Assembly (NCBI RefSeq): GCF_001194135.2
Contig: NC_069000.1
Location: 8,490,688 to 8,554,687 of the forward strand
Direction of reading: 5' to 3'
Source: Octopus bimaculoides
Lineage: Eukaryota
Length of the DNA stretch: 64,000 bases
The position numbers were made by a program, and so were the translations under genes. The notes below the pieces were generated by a model. It searched no databases. It saw nothing but the letters and a program-made list of their open reading frames with translations, and was not told the origin of the DNA. Positions 37,453-50,737 of the stretch are shown in pieces; positions within the stretch are counted from its first letter, which is position 1; every line of letters begins with the position of its first letter.

Positions 37453-40400
37453 NNNNNNNNNNNNNNNNNNNNNNNNNNNNNNNNNNNNNNNNNNNNNNNN
37501 NNNNNNNNNNNNNNNNNNNNNNNNNNNNNNNNNNNNNNNNNNNNNNNNNNNNNNNNNNNNNNNNNNNNNNNNNNNNNNNNNNNNNNNNNNNNNNNNNNNN
37601 NNNNNNNNNNNNNNNNNNNNNNNNNNNNNNNNNNNNNNNNNNNNNNNNNNNNNNNNNNNNNNNNNNNNNNNNNNNNNNNNNNNNNNNNNNNNNNNNNNNN
37701 NNNNNNNNNNNNNNNNNNNNNNNNNNNNNNNNNNNNNNNTGGGATTATTTTCTTGACACAATGTTTCAATAACATCCAACACGTCATTTTTTTACTTTTT
37801 TTTTTTTTTTCAAAATAATGCGAATCGAAGATTTGACTGCTATTTCTAACCGGTTTGAACGACCACGGAAAAAAAAAAAAGAGACTCAACCTACTGTTTA
37901 TTAGTGTCATCATTATCAGTTTTATTATTATTAGTAGTAGTAGTAGCACAGCTGTCACCCGTCCATGTTAACGGTTGACTAGGCTTCGAGTACAGTCACC
38001 GCACCCTTGACAAACATTTTATCAAAGGACGTTTCACGTTCAAACTCAAACGCTAGTGTCCTTCCTTCATCTACCCGAAAACACACAACGTCCCATCATT
38101 TCCAGCATCTCTTGTAGTGGTACAAATGATAGTACCACTACTATCATTACCAAACTAGCGCCACTACTACATCACGTAATCGTTCGTTTTAGCTAGAAAT
38201 AACAGTCAATTCTCACTCAAATCGCACCATCACGTCCTAAAAAAAAACGGAGCGGAGAGGATTTATTGGAGAGTGTTTAAGATACGCTGACGGAAAAATA
38301 ATTGGCGGGATGGTCACAAATGGAATATCTAACTGATCATAGAGTACTGATCCTTTAGAGCTCACTTGGATCTAAACAACCATTACACTATCAGGCCAGA
38401 TCTCTGCGAGTTACGGCCTAGTCGTTAGGCGCGATTACCAACGGACCATAAAATTGCACGTGTAGAGCCGGCCTAGGATTATATAATTTCCACAACAAAC
38501 ATCTTACAAATGAGCGCATGCGTGTGTGTGGGTGTGATCCCGCACGTACGTACGTACGTAAATGAGGCGTTCGTTAGGTCCATGCTACGGACCTGTGGTA
38601 TAGTCCTTAATCTAGATTTAATGTAATGTCCAAGAAGTTAACCTTTATACTACACTTTCCGAAAGATATATAGAGACTGTAGCACCCAACCCCGCCTGCC
38701 GGTTTTCTGACCCTTTCCGGCTAAGACTTGGGAACTTCCGAAAGCGATTAGGAGAACGTCATCCCTATAGAATCCGTAAACCTAATTGAGAGATTCGTTT
38801 ACGTTCATAGGCATTCTTGTCATCCCAGGTACGTCGTCGGAGGCTTGATTAATAATATCTCCATTGGGGTAGCCATCCAATCTTTACGCCAATGAACGTA
38901 ATCTGAACAATAATGCAGAATACAATAATGAGGCTCTGTGGGGTGGGGTATGATAGAGTGTGTGTGTGTGCGCGATAGATAGATATTTCAGTAATGACCA
39001 AACCATCGTCCAGTTAAATACCAATTATCTAGTCCTAGGGTACCTTCAGCTGAGTCCATTCTGTTAGAAGTAAAGATCTCCAGTATAAGACTGTTTTCCT
39101 TCGGCCCCTTTTCTTCCTCTATGTGATGATCGGGGGAAAATGTATTATTGATCAGCAATTTTGATTAAACTGAATTAGCTTTGAACCAGTTGAGGAAGCC
39201 TATCGTTCCACATGCTAGAAATAGCAGCAAGCAAACTCCTCCCTCTGAACAACCCCGCCCCGAACACCTTAAATAAAGAATTGCGATAAAGTAGTACTGG
39301 TGAGGCTTATTAATTAATATTATTAACTCAGAACGTAAAAACGAACGAAATGCCGCCACGCTGAGTTCAAATTCCAGTCGTGGTCCACTTTACCGTTCAT
39401 CCTTTCCGGGTCAATAATGGTAGCAGGAACGGAGAAAGCTATGAAACCGAGCGACAGATTAAGACCACGACACAACAAAACAAAAAAAAAAGCAGTTTGG
39501 TCACTCACGGCTGGAACGTCTTTGATCACAGGATATCTGCCACTCGATTAGGTGTGACCTAGGGCTAAAACAACAGCAGCGTCAACTAATGACGGAACCG
39601 CTATTAGTCGTTTACTATTAAAATGCTTGTCAACATCGCCCTGTTCCAAGTTTTATATATAATCTACTCTACTATCAGAGCTCGTCACCACCATCACCAC
39701 CACCACCACCAACAACAACAACAAGTCGCTACTACCATCACCAGCGACACACTTACGTAAACAAACATCAAGCCAGAAAGAGAGCCCGTAAGGAGGTCAC
39801 TAGCCTTGTTAGAAATAGCAGCCAAATATTTCACAGATGTCTACCGTCTTAGACTAGAACGCCACACGGGATAAATGTTACATAATGTCTGGAGGGGATT
39901 AAAAAAAAGACAGCATGGTCATGGTTAGAATGTCTTTGATTATAAGTCTGCTTGATCAGGGTTAAACACCAACAGCGACAATCTTCTTTTACTGGTTTCA
40001 GTCATTGGACTGCGGCCATGTCGGAGCACGATACTGAAGGTTTTCTTCTTTTTTTCTGAAGTGTCTGTTACTTATTCCACGCTCTCTTTTGATACCAGTT
40101 GTCAAGCGGTAGTTGGGGCGGACAGCACCCACCACCACGTATATATGTACACACACACACACACACACACACACATGCGATGGGCTTCTTTCAGTTTCCA
40201 TCTACCAAATTTACTCAGAAGGCTTTTTAGTCGGTTTGGATCTGTACTAGAAGACATTTACTCCAAGATGCCAAGCAGTGGGACTGAACCTGAAACACGT
40301 AGTTGGGAAGCAAACTTCTTACCACACAGCCAAAACGAAGAAAAAAAGGAAACCAAAAAAAAAAAAAAACTCAACGAAATATTCTCGTCATCATTATCAC

Positions 40401-40970
40401 AATTATCCCTACCACAACACTATCATCGTCATCATCATCATCCAGAGATACCATGCCTTATACAAAACACATCAACACTCCTTATATTCTATTATATAAC
40501 GTCACTGCTACGATTACGACGACCACCTCCACCTCCGCCGCCACAGTTTAAAAAGAAAACCTGATGACTAGTGTCAACATCATCGTCATCATCAACACCA
40601 TCATCATCAAGTTGCCATTCCCAAATACAATATATAAAAAAACAAAACAAAACGGAAAAGAAATCCATCACCACTTAAAGACTACATTTATTACATAACA
40701 ATTGCCGTCACCGCCACCATCAAGTACTAACCACCGTTGTTACCACAACCGCCAGCACTGAAAAACAAATAACCAGCATTTTTACCACCATTACTGATAA
40801 TTAACTATCACCATCACCACCATCAATGTAACTAACGATTCCACCACAACCACAAACACCATCATCGTCATTGAATAACTAACCACCACCACCACCACCA
40901 CCACCACCACCACCACATAACTAACCCATTCCCGTTCCCGTTGTCACCACCACTTATAACGAGTCAACCA

Positions 40971-41530
40971 GGGAGCCTCTATGTACTCCACGAGCTAGAA
41001 ATAGCAGCCAAATCTTCCTTAAATCACCGCAGTCCTACCATACCGTTTCTATTTTACATCGGATAATGTAACCGCTGTTCCCTTTATATACGAAAAAAGA
41101 CAGGATGGTCACGGCTGGAATGCCTTTGGTGATCATTGGTCTGTTTGTAAGAGAGCCTCTATGTACTCCAAGAGCTAGAAATAGCAGCCAAATCTCCCTT
41201 AACTGCCCCAGTCCCACCATACCGTTTTTTTAAAAAATAATACATTGGATAATGTAATCCTCGGCTCCCTGTACGTACGAAAAAAGACGAGATAGTCACG
41301 GCTGGAATATCTTTGATGATCATAGGTCGGCTTATAAGGGAGCCTCTATGTACTCCAAAGGCTAGAAATAGCAGCCAAATCCCCCTTAAATAATCCCCAG
41401 TCCCACCACAACTTTTTTTTTTTAAATAATACATTAGATAATGTAATCCTCGGTTCCCTGTAAATACAAAAAAAAAAGGGGGATGGTCACGGATAGAATG
41501 CCATTGGTGATCATAGGTCTGTTTGTAAGG
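40971..41530 (+). repeat. Three head-to-tail ~185-bp units of dispersed family C (gctagaaatagcagccaaat...gatggtcacggctggaat)
   Basis: Units start at 40971, 41151 and 41338. Single copies at about 3200-3330, 17280-17480, 32395-32560, 39790-39970, 46900-47220, 48490-48690, 48820-49020 and 55300-55500. Confidence 0.85.
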
Positions 41531-43729
41531 GCGACCTTGGAGCGACCTAAAACAACATTAGCAAGAACAGCTATCATCATCATCATCATAATACCATTAA
41601 CATTGATACCATCAAATTCTTGAGAGTTAATTCACCATAATCGCCAGCATCATCATCAAAGCATTACCATTCCAATAATAAGCCTAAATATAAACAAAAC
41701 ACCACCACCACCATTCCAACATCAGCGAAACCTTTGTAACTATTTTGTTATTTCAGCAACAATAATTAATTCTGGTGCATAATTACACCACAACCGCCGC
41801 CGCCACCACCACAACAACACGAGCCAAAGAAGAAGCCTCGAAGTAGTCGCCAGACTTGCTAGAAAGAACTGTTAAAATCTCACTTAAAATCACGTCCTTA
41901 AACCGTCATCTCAAACCGCTAGAAAAAGGTTCTCAAAATTCTTTGATTTCACAATGATACTAAACACACACACACACACACACACACAATGGTTTCACGT
42001 TTCGGCACAAGGCCAGCAATTTTATGGGGAGCGGGGAGGTTCATACTTAACTAGTACTTAACTTTATCGCCTCCGAAAGGATGAAAAGGCAAAAATCGAC
42101 CTCGGTGAAATTTGAACTAGAGCCGGAAGAAATGCCAAGAATCTTATCCAATTCGTTAACGAATCTGCCAGCTCGAACGCGCATACATGCACATGTATGC
42201 ATGGATGTATGTGTATATATATATATATGTCTGTGAGTTCCATACTATATTGGTGGTATGCTAGTAATAGTTGGAGAGTGTGATCTTGGATAAACGATGA
42301 GTGAATAAACGACTGGGTGGTGATGGTCACGGCTGGTATGTTTCCTGATTCTGATTGTATTTGGTTAGTGGGATTAAGTTACTTTAGCACCTCAAACCCG
42401 CCTGTCTTACAAACCATTTTCCATTACTGTGCTGTGACCACTATACCTGGGTCTCGTCTAACGCTACTGCGACAGTCTCCGCTCCCATGAACATTGCTGA
42501 TCGTTGTATTATAAAAAAAAAAAAGGGTGAGGGGTAAGAAGAGTTATGAATGACCATGGGATTGCACCTAGAAAGTTCCCCTCCGAGGCACAAGTCCGGA
42601 CAAGGTTGTTTATGGAAGACCATAATTTTTCAGATCGCACAATCTTCACTACGGTGTTAGGGTTAGGGTTACGGTTCAAGAGGGTTAGAGAATTCCATCA
42701 CTAACCGTAACCGTAACCCTAAAAAGAAATTACCGAATTTTGACGAGAGAAGAAAAATGTTTCCATTTATTCATGTATTTGAGACGTGGCCCAGAGTGTG
42801 TGAGAAAGATCGTAACTTGGATATATATTTTTATTTTGTTTCATTGGTTTCAAGGCAGGTAGCATATCGCGTTTAAGGGTCTTCAAAATTTGTTGGTAAG
42901 GTAGGATTGTATTAACACTATTAACACTAAGACAACTGGGCAAAGAAATTCACTAGGAGCCCCTACACACAAAACCACAGCATGCTCAGTTTAACTGGAT
43001 CCTTACACCTGTAGGCCTTCGGGCAACTGCCCAGTGTGCCCATACACTTTCAGTATGTTAGGTTTGATAATTTAAGAAGATATCTAAGAGGATTCTTATC
43101 TTTAAGAATCAGAATTTTAAATGAAATGTTTACAAAGCCTTCGAGGCGAGGCTCGATAAAATACAACGCCAGTCTAAGTCGACTGACTGGCGGAATTTGT
43201 GACAGCGACGGACGAGAAATCGTCTGGTATTCGTTCTCCGGTTCTTTGTATTCTGAGATCTCGGATGTTTAACAGAGCTCAGCTCGTCTGTTTTTAACGC
43301 CACCATCATCAGGTCATCGGGTGCTTTTAGCAGAAATCGGACCAAGTTCCTGGTCTGAAGATACCGTGCTCACTTCGACTAGTTTAAGAAATCCATTAAA
43401 AAAAAGATGGGAGACGAGGGATTTTTGAACTCTGGTTTTCCCTCGTTAATAAATCAAATAAATAAGATAATAAAATAAAGTCACTAACGCTACCCAAAAC
43501 GGGTGGCAACACTGTTTATATAGATAAATTATCTTATAGTAACTGGTTTGTCCTTTTACATTCTGAGTTCAAATCCAGCCTAAGTAGACACTGTTTTTTT
43601 TTGGGGGGGGGGGGTTCTTATCGTTCCAGGGATGGATAAAATAAAATTACCAGTGAATAAATGGGGTTGACTGATTTCATCGAATTTCTAGCGTCATACC
43701 GAAATTAGATATCATTATTATTGATTTTA

Positions 43730-43945
43730 GGCGGCGAGCTGGCAGAAACGTTAACACACCGGGCGAAACGCTTAGAGGTATTTCGTCTGCCGTTACGTTC
43801 TGAGTTCAAATACTGCCGCCGAAGACGACTTTACCTTTCATCCTTTCGGGGTCGATAAACCAGGTTCCAGTTGTGTACTGGGGTCGATGTAATCGACTAT
43901 CCCCTCCCCCAAATTCCAGGCCTTGTGGCTATAGTAAAGAGGATC
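43730..43945 (+). mobile_element. SINE family A copy
   Basis: ggcgagctggcagaaacgtt...gagttcaaat...ttcatcctttcggggtcgat...gccttgtg. Confidence 0.85.
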
Positions 43946-44972
43946 ATTATTATTAGGCGACCTTTCATACGTCTTTACATTCTGAGTTCAAATGCCGCCG
44001 AGGACGGCTTTTCCTTTCATCCTTTCGAGGTCGATTGAAATAAGTACATGTTGAGTACTGGAGTCGATGTAATCGACCACCCCACTCTCCGAACTTGCTG
44101 GCCTTGTGCCTAAATTTGAAATCCTTATTAATATTATTGATAATAGTTCAATCACTAATACATTGCATTTCTCACGGCGAGAATGACAAACAGTGTTTAA
44201 ATTCAGCACAAATATTTCTCAAGAGACTTCTTTCGTAAAGCACCGGTTTATTTGTTTTTTTTTCTCATCGATGTTTAATATCCTTTGCCAGTAAACATCA
44301 GTGAAAGATATATAAAAGTATGTGTGTGTGTGCGTGCGTGTAACACATACCTGACGAGCTTCCACAATTTCTGTCTAGCAAATTTCATTCAAAAGCCTAA
44401 CCGAGGTCCAGATAGAACATGGCATAAAGCATTTGCCCAAAGTGCCGAGCGGTGAGATCGAACCTACAGCCAAAGTGTTGCGAAGTGAACTTCTTAACCA
44501 CACACAAATGTTGGAAGGGGCTATAAAGAAACAATATACTGGAATCTCCGAACGTCTACAAAAACTCGAATGTAACGGTTTATTGTTTATAAAATATGAA
44601 GTTTAATTAGTCATAATAATTAAAGACTTCCTCACTGCTTCATAAATTATTATTTACATTTCATGCGCGGAATCCTAAGGAGTGTCTCTTTTATGTTTAC
44701 ATAATATACCATATAACAATAATGAATTCAGTTTAATCCTAACAGTCACTTATGTAAAACGATGATAAAATTCTGAGGTGTGCTGTTTTATGTCTATGAA
44801 ATATATCATAAAAAAGGTTATTCAATTCAGTTAATCTGGGTATAAATTTCGATAAAATGACGATTTATTAGTAAATAGAGTGCAGCTGCTTGACAGCAAA
44901 GGAACTACCTCTGAACAGAAGTAGCACCTTGCCAAGGATAGTTAGGTGGACAGTTATCATCGGTCCTTATTC

Positions 44973-45033
44973 ACTTGATGGCTCCTCGCGTCACACGCCA
45001 GTACCCCACTTCAGCTGGTGGGCTAAACCAAGC
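44973..45033 (+). ncRNA. Degenerate HDV-like ribozyme fold (5' strand of P1 not found)
   Basis: Elements occur in the canonical order: P2 acttgat, P3 ggc, L3 tcctcgc, P3' gtc, P1' acacgcc, P4 cccac...gtggg, J4/2 ctaa, P2' accaagc. Confidence 0.5.
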
Positions 45034-45739
45034 ACCAGTAGGCGGAAGATTCAGGTAAGGCTTCCCAAGCAGCCACCGGCTAGGGCGGAAGACCTTGCTC
45101 AGCTCAACGGTCTTGTGTTCGGGGCCAAGCCGTGTCTCGGGTAGAGGCATACAGCCGTGGTTAACAGCCTGACGAAATACCGGTAAGTATTTCGCTCGGC
45201 GTGTTAACGGTTCTGCCAGCTCGTCGCTTTAGTAGTAATGGTTTCAAATTTAACCACAAGGGCAGCAGTTTTTAGGAAGAGGGAATGAGTCGAGTACATC
45301 CACCACAGTGTTTCACTGGTACTTAATCTATCGACCCCGAAAGGATGAAAGCCAAAGTCGACCTCGGCGGAATTTGAACTCGGAGCGTAGCGACGGACGA
45401 AATGCCGCTAAGCATTTTGCCCGGCGTGCTAACGATTCTGCCAATTATAAAACCAAATAGAGTCGTTTAGTTTCTTATATTAAACCTAAAACTCCTCAAA
45501 GTTATATAACTCAAAATCTTCACCAACCCGGTCCTCAGTTACAAAATGTGTGCACGTGCGCGCGTGAGGATGGGTGCACGAGTGTGCGCGCGCGTATGTA
45601 TGTGTGTGTGTATATATATATACGTAGCGTNNNNNNNNNNNNNNNNNNNNNNNNNNNNNNNNNNNNNNNNNNNNNNNNNNNNNNNNNNNNNNNNNNNNNN
45701 NNNNNNNNNNNNNNNNNNNNNNNNNNNNNNNNNNGTTAG

Positions 45740-45789
45740 AAAAAACTGTCCGATGAACGGGAACGTGAAACTCAGAGTAACGGTTTTTT
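45740..45789 (+). ncRNA. Minimal type-I hammerhead ribozyme motif (U4C core variant) in a Penelope/retrozyme-like repeat
   Basis: aaaaaactgt-CCGATGA-acg(ggaa)cgt-GAA-actc(a)gagt-A-acggtttttt. 10-bp stem I, 3-bp stem II with GNRA loop, palindromic stem III and a GUA cleavage triplet. Confidence 0.78.
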
Positions 45790-45888
45790 TGTTATATTTC
45801 TGCTGCTTTTAAATAAAGCATATTACTCTACCTCTGGTATTTGAGTACTCTTTTTTCCACCTTGTTGCACATTGCATGTGCTTACTCC

Positions 45889-45923
<35 letters not shown>

Positions 45924-48900
45924 TCATATGTATATAAATATGAATGCATATATACATATATGCAGAGATACATAAATACAGTGTATGCATATGTGCTCTG
46001 TGTTCGTGTGCAACTATGACAATGTGTTTGTGCATATGCACGTTTATGCATGCGTGCACACAACTGCATATAGACATGCATGCATGCACGTGCATAATGC
46101 ACCTATGTTGTGTGCTCGCATGTACCTGTGGCAATGTATATATACACGAGTGTGCGTGTGCATGTATGTGTGAGTGTGTGTATGTGTGTGAGCATGAGTG
46201 TGCGTGTACTTGGCTCATGTGCAAGCTTGTTTGTGTACCGATTCGAGTGACCTGGAGAGAAAAATTAATGTATATAGGGGAGGGGAGGTTGGGAAATGAG
46301 GAAAACAAGTCATACATACTATATATAAATGAGAGAGAAATAAAGAAAGAAACTGAAGGAGAGAGAGAGAGAAAGAAAAGAAGGCAAATGATAGTCACAG
46401 TATAGACGAAAGACAGAGGGAGGGAGAGGGGAAAAGAGAGAGAGAGAGAGAGACGGAAAAGAATATGAGAAAGAGTGAGGGAGGAAAGAGAGAATAATAC
46501 GAGAAGGAATAAAAGGGAGGAGGAGGAGGAACAGGAGAGAGAAAAAGTTCATCAAAAGTATTTTCCTCCTCCTCCTCCTCTTCTTATGCTTGTAGAAGAA
46601 AAATATATTTCCATATTTAGGTCAGTGTTTTCGGGTGGAGGAGGGTGGATGGCAGAAAGGTTGGGGTACCTCAAAAGATACTCGTTGGCTACTGGTTGTG
46701 ATGATAGCTGTTCAAGTAGAGGCGGTGGTAGTGTTGTTGGTGGTGGTTCTAGTAGGAGTGGTGGTGCTGTTAGAGATGTAGCTGTGGTGGCTGTGGTGTG
46801 TTATTAGTGATGAGGTGATGGTAGTAGTGCTACTAAACGTAGTTCGTAGTGGTGTTTCTGGTGGTACTGCTAGTGTGGTGGTGGTGGTTAGAGGGTTAGT
46901 GTTCGTTGTTTAACTCTAGGTTAACCTTGATCAGTCAGACGTGTATACCCATCACCTAAGTTAGTCTCTGTGCATGTGGGACTACATCTTGCAATATGTG
47001 CTTCTTGTTTTTCTTTTTCTTTTTTGTTCCTGTAACGTAGGGTGTGGTTTGAGGAAGATTAAAGCTACTATTTCTAACAAATCCAAAGACAACGTAGAGA
47101 CTTCCTTAGCAGGGTGGTGGTGGTTAGGGCAGTGATACGAACATTGTTGTTCGTACTGCTGTTTCGCTCCAGATCAGCTACGACAGAGCAGCCTATAACC
47201 AAAATCATTCCAGTCATGACTATCCAGTCATATTTTTTTAAAGACATCATTTATTCAAAACTATATTATCGAACGTATTTATCCATTTGTTTGAAGACGG
47301 TAGGAATTGGTTTGACGGTTGTTTGGCTGTCATTTCTAACAAGCTGAGCGACCATCTCAGATGCTCCTTCGTTAGTTCGAGTGAAAGCAGTGTTTGTGTT
47401 TACAGGTGTTAATGATAATGAAGGAGCGGGTGTTAGTGCAGTCTTTGAAAGAGACATGGGTGCTACTAGTTAATGGTGGTGGTGGTGTGTTAACATTGTG
47501 GAGATAGTATTGGTAGTAGTAGTAGTAGTGGTAATATTAGCAGTGGTTGTTGTCGTTGCAGTTGTGAAGCAGAAACCAGTTCTAATCAAATTATTCTAGT
47601 CATAACCATCACGTGTTCCTTGTAGCATACAAGGGGACTGGACCATGCACGGGCAAACTACCACCCGCAAGGCTTTCTGATTGGCACACCTAACGAAATA
47701 TTTCAAGATAGTAGTGCCTGTTTCCAGAGCGGTTTTGGTTACTATTTCTAGCATGACGAGCGGCTACACAGATGCTCTTTCTCTCCCCCTCTCTCTCTCT
47801 CGTTGGCTCGGGTGATAACAAAGATGGTGGAAATACGACGAGGTATGATAAATAGTAGTAGTAGCGCTAGTGTTAGTGGTTGAAGGTGAAGTAGTTGTGG
47901 AGTTAGTAATACAGAAATAGCGAGTGGTATTATTTGGCGTTGGCAGTGCAGAGCGGTGGAGGTGGCGGTAGGGGTGGGGGGGGCCAGAGTGCGTGTGAAT
48001 AGCTGGGCAAGTAGGTCGAAAGGCGGGTAGATACGTGAAGTCGCCTGGTGTTGATGGATGACGCTTCGTGAGTGCGTGCGCGAGCGATTAAACCCTGAAG
48101 CTCACATAGAAATAATAAACATTCACGCGCACGCGCGCGCACTCACACAAGGAGAGAGATTAAGAGGAAAATACGCAGGGGCGCCAGCTGGATGGAAACT
48201 CAATAGGCAAGGGTGTGCGCTAGTATACTTGCTAGATGTTAGTAAGAGGTTTCGAATAATTAAAATTATTAAAATTCAGACGTACTGACAGTAAGACGTT
48301 CTTTGAGGGAGATTTGGTTGCTATATCCAGCGAGTTGAGCGATCACGTAAAGAAACACAATATAGTAGTAGTAAAATGATTTGACACAAAAAAACTGCCG
48401 GCAGACCATGCATGACTATCTTCTTCGATAGTCAGTCAGTCGATGATGGCTCATTGGTCGTCGCTTCAAACTTTGCCATACCCTAAATAAACCAGAGAGC
48501 CCCTACGTGCCGCTTGACATGCTAGAAATGACAGCAAAAACCTTCCTCGTAATGAATAAAGACGTATTAGACGATGCTGCCTTAAAATAAGAATAATAAT
48601 AAGGCGAGATAGTCATGGCTGAAAATGAATGCTTTTTGATCAGTGAGTTCTCTTTAATCAAGGCTGAGCTGGGGCTAAATGAGAACGATAGCCGAACAAT
48701 GTCTTCGGCAAATCACTGTCGTACGACCTTGTTCTCGTAAAATGAAAGAAAAAGTAAAGATAAAAAAACATTTAAAAAGCCTCGACAATGTTTTCAGTAA
48801 ACGGGAGGTACTCTAAGGGAAGAATACGACTAGGTCGCTGGGTACGGTAGAAATAACAGCCAAACTTCCTTCACATCATATCATAGCTACCGCCTTACAG

Positions 48901-50677
48901 GAAAGAGATAGGGACACATTAGAGATAATGTGGTCCTGGATGCACTATGGGAAGGTCACAACTGGAACGGTTTTGTCGACAGATATGTTCAACCAGAGCT
49001 GACTTGATGCGAAACATCAACAACATGAGTGGACTTGGGGAATTCGTGTTCATTTCTTAAGCAGCTTCCCTTTTTCGTATGCTTCTCCCACACCCGGCTC
49101 CAGCCATACTGTCAAGCTAGCAACTCCGGGATCGATCTCACTGCGCAGCACCTCGAACCTTTGACTCTTTACCACGAGCCGAGCGAAACTGTACTCATTC
49201 TTGAACGGTCATTCTTAGATTCGTCGTCTATTTCACCTCTACGACCCCTTTTCCAGGCAAAGCAATGCACTAGTGTCCCTTCAATACTCGACCCCAGTAT
49301 ACGTAGATAAGTGTATCCACTTCCACAACAGCTAGCACCCAGCTTTCATATGGGTGCCTTCAACGGAGTCCACTGTGTTGCAAGTATTTTGACCAAGTTC
49401 CCGGTTTGAGGATAAATTTGATAAGTTGGATCGCCGTTTTTTTACCGCAACAACCTATGGAGTTGTTGTTTCTCTATACCCTTCACGAGCCTCACCCATT
49501 TCGGAGGCCCTGGCAAATAAAGGTCAAGGTTACAGATCATTGCCCTTTCTCTTCCCTCGAAGCTTTAAAAACATACAAAGCAGACGAGAGAGAGGTGGGA
49601 AAGGAACGAGACTATTTTGAAACATAGATAATGTAGACTACTACTTCTAACAGAAGAGAAATGGAAGGAAGTAAACAAAAGAACGGTTCAACGTAAGGCA
49701 TAGAGGAGCAACAGTCATTAGCTTGGTGGTTGCTTTAGCTTCAAGTTGGCCCTGATCAAGCATACATATAAACAAAAGCATTCTAATCGAAACCGTCCCA
49801 TATATTAACGAATATATGCGATTATATATTGTCATTTTATTTTCTGTTTGAGACGGTAGGGTGTTTGATTTCAGGATAATTTGACTACTATTTCTGACAG
49901 GTAGTTCAACTACGCAGAAGCTACCACAAAAGCTCATATAATAGTTTGTTGTTTAGTACGAGGTCAACGATGATCGAACAGACGTATGATCAGAGGCGTT
50001 CCAGCTGTGACCATCTCGGATTAAGGACTATTATTATTATGTGTTCTTCTTTTGTCTCTTTAAGACGGCAAGATGTGTAGTTTGAGTGAAGGAGAGATAG
50101 AGGGGGGGATTATTGCTGGTGTTTCTTGCATTGCTACGCCATTTCTTTAGTGCGCAGTAGAATACGCCGAGGAAAAGAGAGGTGGCTGCGAGAAGGAACT
50201 GTGCAGAAAGGGAAGGAAAGTGTGTGTGTGTGTGTGATGAAATACGAAAAGAAGGGTTAAAAATATGCGAAGTAGAAAGCAACAAGCACCGGGCGGCTAG
50301 GAAAGACGGGCTGGCTGCTTAGTCGGTTGGCAAAACGAAAACAGCTGATCAGGATTTAAGGTACTGAGATGATGTTTGAAGCGAGGCCAACTGACAGATC
50401 CAAATCTGCCGGTGACCACCATCACCACCACTACGCACAACACCTGTCGCATTCTCCGAGCCTGTGTGTGTTTGTGTGTGGGGGGGGGGAGAGAGAGAGG
50501 AAGGATTATTTATGTGTGTCGCTTGAACTAACGCAAGAAAGGCGATTTAACTACTCGGAGTAGCGACGGAGTGGACTCGCCAGTTTTGAACGAACCAATA
50601 ATATACTTTAGTGCATGTGTTGAATACTAGTATATCTCCATTTTGTAATATATACAGACACACAGATATACATATAT

Positions 50678-50737
<60 letters not shown>

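Noticed and set aside
39120-39175. C-box (GTGATGA) and D-box (CTGA) like pair
   Set aside because: Too short, with no terminal stem or identifiable guide.
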